DNA from: a virus | Taxonomy: Duplodnaviria; Caudoviricetes | Reading direction: 5' to 3' (one strand) | IMG/VR virus record: IMGVR_UViG_3300038829_000100 | Span: 1-47,479 of that record | Length of the DNA stretch: 47,479 nucleotides | Part shown: positions 43,690-47,479 of the stretch, in pieces | How the letters are laid out: every line of letters starts with the position of its first letter | Position numbering within the stretch: the first letter of the stretch is position 1 | The notes under the pieces: model-generated | What the model was told of the DNA's origin: nothing | Database searches by the model: none | The model's input: the letters and a program-made list of their open reading frames with translations, nothing else | Position numbers and translations under genes: made by a program

Positions 43690-44599
43690 ATTTGATGGTG
43701 GAGAGGGCGACCTCGATGCCGTAGAGCAAGACATCGTTAGTATGGGACTAGAAGTCTCGACTGACGAAGGAACTGGCACGACGCAGGAGCAACCTCAGGT
43801 GGTTGAACCTCCGGCGCAGACAGTACAACCTCCGGTCGTGGAGCCGCCCGCAGTGGCCGCTGCATTGCCGGGGGTGGTAGTTGCTGCTGACGGAACGGTT
43901 CAAGCGCCGGTGGTGGTAGCACCAGCGGCGGTGGCCGGACAGGGGCAGGATACGCTAGCGGGCGCTCAGGCGCAGGCAGTGGTCGACGCACCTGGTGAAG
44001 GGCAGCAGTTCGAGTCGCTGGCAAAGGCGGTGCAAGAGCATCGGCAAGTGCTAGAGGGTGCGTTGGCTGAAAAGGTCTACGCGCTTAACGATGAAGAACG
44101 GGTAGCTCTCGATAGTGATCCCGGCACAGCTATTCCTAAGTTGATGGCCAAGTTGCATATGGAGATCACGCAGAATGTTCTAGGGGTTATCGCCCAAAAT
44201 CTTCCTCCGACTATTCATGGGGTGCTTGCTGCACAGCGGCGCAACGATGAAGCGGCGCAGGAATTTTGGCAGGCGTGGCCGGAGCTTCAAAAGGGAACCG
44301 ATGCACAAGTGGTGCAGACTATCGGTGCGCAGGTAGCAAAGATGTATCCGAATATGGATCGTAAGACCCGTATTCAGCAAATTGGCCAGTTGGCTGTGAT
44401 GCAGTTGGGGCGGTTGCCTCAGGCGCAAGCACGGTTAATGGGCCAGAAGCCTGTGGTGCAGCAGCCAGCGATGGCTGGAAACTTTGCTCCTATGCCTTTT
44501 TCGCCCGCGGTCGCGGGCGGAGCGCCAGCAGTAGCTCCTAATGGTGCACAGAATTTGTTTGCTGAAATGGCGATGATCATGGAAGCAGACGACAAGTAA
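43592..44599 (+). CDS. Capsid scaffolding protein
   Basis: Acidic Pro/Gln/Ala-rich N-terminus and helical C-terminus, immediately before the MCP. Confidence 0.7.
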   Translation: MKMADQQTQQVAEQTQAAPGTSTPAASAPTANEFDGGEGDLDAVEQDIVSMGLEVSTDEGTGTTQEQPQVVEPPAQTVQPPVVEPPAVAAALPGVVVAADGTVQAPVVVAPAAVAGQGQDTLAGAQAQAVVDAPGEGQQFESLAKAVQEHRQVLEGALAEKVYALNDEERVALDSDPGTAIPKLMAKLHMEITQNVLGVIAQNLPPTIHGVLAAQRRNDEAAQEFWQAWPELQKGTDAQVVQTIGAQVAKMYPNMDRKTRIQQIGQLAVMQLGRLPQAQARLMGQKPVVQQPAMAGNFAPMPFSPAVAGGAPAVAPNGAQNLFAEMAMIMEADDK

Positions 44600-44611
44600 G
44601 GACTAAAGATT

Positions 44612-45853
44612 ATGAGTGGTATTGCTGGACTTAGAGGTAGCGGTAACTTCGCGACAGATGAACGTCCGAAGGACTTTCGTGAAATGATCTTGTTTCGCGA
44701 ACCGCAAGGTGACTCGCCAATCTTTGCGTTGACGAGCAAGACGAAGACTCGGACCGTGAAAGATCCGGAGTTCTATTGGTGGGACGAGTCGATGGATATC
44801 GTTCGCCTTCAGGTGAACGGAGCTATCTCGTCTACCACGGCGACGACTGTCACGGTGGACTCTGGCGACCCTGACACGACCAATCCGGAAAGGGTCTATG
44901 GTACGGCGACCCATCTTAAAGCGGGTGACGTACTGTGGGTCGAACCGGCGGCTGATACAGCTGCTTTCACGCAGGAGAAGATCGAAGTCGTTCAGGTGCT
45001 TAGCGACACGCAGTTTACTGTAAAGCGTGGAGCTTGTGGCACTACGGCAGCGGCTATTGCTGACGATCAGTTCTTGTTGCTGATTGGTAGCATGCATGCT
45101 GAAGGAACGCCTGAACCGAGTGCTGTTTCGCGTAATCCGAACAAGTACAACAACCTGACGCAGATTTTTAAGAATAGCTATGAGCTGACAAAAACGGCTG
45201 ATGCTATTACGAATATGCGCACGGGTAATGCTTGGTCGAACGACAAGAAGCGCAAGATGTTTGACCACGCCCGGGGCATCGAGATGTCGATGCTCTGGGG
45301 CTCGCGTTCGGAAGTTACGGGCGATAACGGGAAGCCTAAGCGAAGCATGGGCGGAATTCGAGCACAGCTGCCTAGTTCGCGTGTTAAGGTCTACTCGGCG
45401 GCTGTGACGATGTTCAACTTGCTGGACGATATTTACGAGGTGTTTGATTTCTCGTCTCCAGCTGGTGATGAACGCATCGCGATGGTCGGCAATAAGGCCC
45501 TTAATGAACTGAATAAGATTGTGGCGGCTGACGCTAACGGTGATATTCAGTGGGGCGGACCTGTTAAGGTCTATGGGATGAACTTTAGAGAGATGATATT
45601 GCCGCAAGGTCGAATTCTCTTGAAGACGCATCCCCTGCTGAGTCGTAACTCGGTGTTCTCTAAGTCGATGTGGATACTCGACTTTGCGAGCATGACTTAC
45701 GTTACGCTGGCTGGCCGTGACACAAAGGTGCAGGATGACATTCAGAATAAGGGTGAGGACGCAAGACGCGGCTACATCCAGACTGAGTGTTCGCTGCAGC
45801 TGGAACGTGGTGGGCTGACGTCGAAGTATATTGGTAATATTAGTCAAACCTAA
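44612..45853 (+). CDS. Major capsid protein (DUF5309/SU10-like)
   Basis: 413 aa; P..P......K....P.F.W.DE, YNNLTQIFK, E..MLWG...R.MGGI and final TECSLQL motifs; host-like codon bias. Confidence 0.85.
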   Translation: MSGIAGLRGSGNFATDERPKDFREMILFREPQGDSPIFALTSKTKTRTVKDPEFYWWDESMDIVRLQVNGAISSTTATTVTVDSGDPDTTNPERVYGTATHLKAGDVLWVEPAADTAAFTQEKIEVVQVLSDTQFTVKRGACGTTAAAIADDQFLLLIGSMHAEGTPEPSAVSRNPNKYNNLTQIFKNSYELTKTADAITNMRTGNAWSNDKKRKMFDHARGIEMSMLWGSRSEVTGDNGKPKRSMGGIRAQLPSSRVKVYSAAVTMFNLLDDIYEVFDFSSPAGDERIAMVGNKALNELNKIVAADANGDIQWGGPVKVYGMNFREMILPQGRILLKTHPLLSRNSVFSKSMWILDFASMTYVTLAGRDTKVQDDIQNKGEDARRGYIQTECSLQLERGGLTSKYIGNISQT

Positions 45854-45863
45854 GGAGAGTAAA

Positions 45864-46208
45864 ATGAGAGACAACCTTTATTCTCCCGAGCTCTGGGACG
45901 CAATGCTACGCGGCAAGCTTAATGCTGGCGTGCCGCAAACGCTGACTGGAGCAGGAGCGATTAGTGTAGCGACGCTTTGGACGGAGCTCGTAACGACCGG
46001 TGCTAATGCGCTTACCCTGGCGAACGGTGAGGATGGTCAGCTCAAACTGATCACGATGAACACCGCTGGTGGGGTTGGTACTATTACTCCGACGAGCTTC
46101 CATCAGGGGACTACTATGGCATTCGATGCCGTAGGAGATGCGGTGTTGCTAATGTTCCACAAATCTAAGTGGGGCATTGTTGCCAATACGGGTGTTGTTG
46201 TGGTGTAA
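45864..46208 (+). CDS. Putative capsid decoration protein
   Basis: AAGGAG RBS; Gly/Thr-rich (TLANGEDGQLKLI); lies before the terminator together with the MCP. Confidence 0.6.
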   Translation: MRDNLYSPELWDAMLRGKLNAGVPQTLTGAGAISVATLWTELVTTGANALTLANGEDGQLKLITMNTAGGVGTITPTSFHQGTTMAFDAVGDAVLLMFHKSKWGIVANTGVVVV

Positions 46209-46217
46209 GGTGGAAGG

Positions 46218-46262
46218 AGAAGGGCGCGTGCGGGAAGTCTGCAAGCGCCCTTCTTTTCATTT
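46218..46262 (+). terminator. Rho-independent terminator after the capsid genes
   Basis: AGAAGGGCGC...GCGCCCTTCT followed by TTTCATTT. Confidence 0.7.
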
Positions 46263-46281
46263 CAGCTAGGAGCTTAAAGCT

Positions 46282-46587
46282 GTGCCGAACGTACCTACAA
46301 CTAAGGATAGCTATGGCGGGCCGATGATGGGCGACAGCAAAAAGAGCTTGTGCGCCAGGATCGATCTGCGGCCCAATATGAACCTTCCTGATGGAGCTAC
46401 GTTAGGTTCCGACGTGGAGATTATCATTAAAGGTAAAGTCACGGCGTTAAGGGGGGCTACAATGGATAGCTATAAAGATAGTAAAGGTAAGACCATCGAG
46501 AGTATCTATCCTGGCGAGCTTAAAGTTGAGGTGAGTAGCGTCGCGATTGGAGCTGTTGGTGAGTATGACGGGATGGAGGACGACTGA
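46282..46587 (+). CDS. Hypothetical protein
   Basis: GTG start after AGGAG; 101 aa. Confidence 0.65.
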   Translation: MPNVPTTKDSYGGPMMGDSKKSLCARIDLRPNMNLPDGATLGSDVEIIIKGKVTALRGATMDSYKDSKGKTIESIYPGELKVEVSSVAIGAVGEYDGMEDD

Positions 46588-47012
46588 TGGTCGTAGCTAA
46601 TAAGTTTAATCAGTATGTTGAGTATCAAGCCGAGAAGATTATAGATCTTGGTGCTGATACTCTAAAGGTTCTGCTCACCAACACGGCCCCGGTCGCCAGC
46701 AATTCAATTAAAGCTGACTTGGTTGAGATTGCCGCCGGTAATGGTTATACGGCCGGTGGCACAGCAGCTAGCATTTCATCGTCTTCGCAAACGAGCGGCA
46801 TCTATAAGTTGGTGCTTGCTGATGTGGTTTTTACGGCAGCGGGGGGCTCGATCGGGCCTTTCCGTTATGCCGTGCTTTATGACGATACCCCCGCTGCACC
46901 AGCCGATCCGCTGATCTTGTGGTGGGACTACGGCAGTGCCGTAACGCTGCCGAGTGGTGAGACGTTCACGTGGGATGCCGATGCAACGACCGGCATTCTA
47001 ACTATCACATAA
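46587..47012 (+). CDS. Conserved-type virion structural protein
   Basis: KFN...DLGADTLKVLLTN...GNGYTAGG...GPFRYAVLYDDT...WDYG pattern. Confidence 0.65.
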   Translation: MVVANKFNQYVEYQAEKIIDLGADTLKVLLTNTAPVASNSIKADLVEIAAGNGYTAGGTAASISSSSQTSGIYKLVLADVVFTAAGGSIGPFRYAVLYDDTPAAPADPLILWWDYGSAVTLPSGETFTWDADATTGILTIT

Positions 47013-47022
47013 GGAGCAAGCT

Positions 47023-47277
47023 ATGCCTATTACTGGAGTTACAGCTAAGTTTAAGTGTTCAGCTATTACTGACGGCCCGGAAGGTAGTGAGTATAAAACG
47101 GTTACGCTTTATCGGGTTTACTCCTCCGATCCAGAGAGTGAGAACTATTCGCGGTCGAAGGCTACGCCGTCAGGAACTGTCACGATGAATATCACCAACC
47201 CTGCCGCGTTTGGCTGGTTTGAAGTTGGGGCTGAGTATTTCATCGACTTTACTAAGGACGATCCTAATGGTCAATAA
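47023..47277 (+). CDS. Hypothetical protein
   Basis: AKFKC...EN...KATPSG...I.NPAA...F..G.EY.IDF; AAGGAG RBS. Confidence 0.7.
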   Translation: MPITGVTAKFKCSAITDGPEGSEYKTVTLYRVYSSDPESENYSRSKATPSGTVTMNITNPAAFGWFEVGAEYFIDFTKDDPNGQ

Positions 47278-47479
47278 GTTCGATCGTGAAGAGTGGCGCA
47301 AGCGCTTTCGCTGGTTAACGGCTGAGCGTGATAAGCAACTTGCTGAGATCGCGCCTTACGAGCAGGCAAGAGAGAAGTTGCTGGAAAGTATTCAGCCGCG
47401 AGAGCGCGAGCTTGTAGCTACGATTAAAGAAAAGCGTAAAGGACTTTACGAAATTGATTGTGAACGGGCAGCTATAGCT
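47267..47479 (+). CDS. 5' part of hypothetical protein continuing across the circular junction to 202
   Basis: ATG 47267 after AAGGA; open to the window end; matches 2..202. Confidence 0.75.
   Translation, partial: MVNKFDREEWRKRFRWLTAERDKQLAEIAPYEQAREKLLESIQPRERELVATIKEKRKGLYEIDCERAAIA
47353..47479 (+). repeat. Terminal direct repeat, right copy (127 bp)
   Basis: Identical to 49-175. Confidence 0.92.

Larger units (their letters stand above)
1..47479. other. Complete or near-complete podovirus-like dsDNA phage genome (circular assembly, about 47,304 bp unique)
   Basis: Terminase, portal, capsid, tail, lysis and replication genes lie in two divergent arms. There is an exact 127-bp terminal overlap. 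No host housekeeping genes, integrase or long tape measure were seen. Confidence 0.95.

Noticed and set aside
44603-45874. 423-aa antisense ORF
   Set aside because: It mirrors the major capsid gene almost exactly, as expected for a codon-bias shadow, and has no recognisable motifs.
1-47479. tRNA/rRNA genes, integrase, phage RNA polymerase, base-hypermodification genes (purZ, thymidylate synthase-like, queuosine pathway)
   Set aside because: No supporting motifs were recognised by eye; absence should be confirmed with tRNAscan-SE and HMM searches.

Overview
The window is an essentially complete, circularly assembled dsDNA tailed-phage genome of about 47.3 kb. Positions 49-175 exactly equal 47353-47479 (127 bp), and one gene runs across the junction. 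The gene set is podovirus-like, with no RNA polymerase, integrase or tape measure recognised. The host is probably an alphaproteobacterium (inference). The + strand arm (37156 through the junction to 18439) carries terminase, portal, scaffold, capsid, head/tail accessory proteins, tail fibre, nozzle, a lysis cassette and ejection proteins, including a 2679-aa polyvalent protein. The - strand arm (36661 to 18449) carries small early genes, a Cas4-like exonuclease/Sak4/SSB recombination module, a ParB-methyltransferase, a class II RNR and a family A DNA polymerase split into two genes 2.9 kb apart. The most notable observations are: (1) five or six covarying stem-loop units, one after each early gene; (2) three early promoters with an identically spaced GCC-N8-GCC box in place of a -35, resembling the alphaproteobacterial ChvI motif; (3) a leader or sRNA of three hairpins with anti-Shine-Dalgarno-like loops; (4) the intron/intein-free split UDG-PolA with His at position 762; and (5) an ~80-bp inverted repeat around an A/T core. 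All family assignments come from motif recognition by eye; no searches were run.
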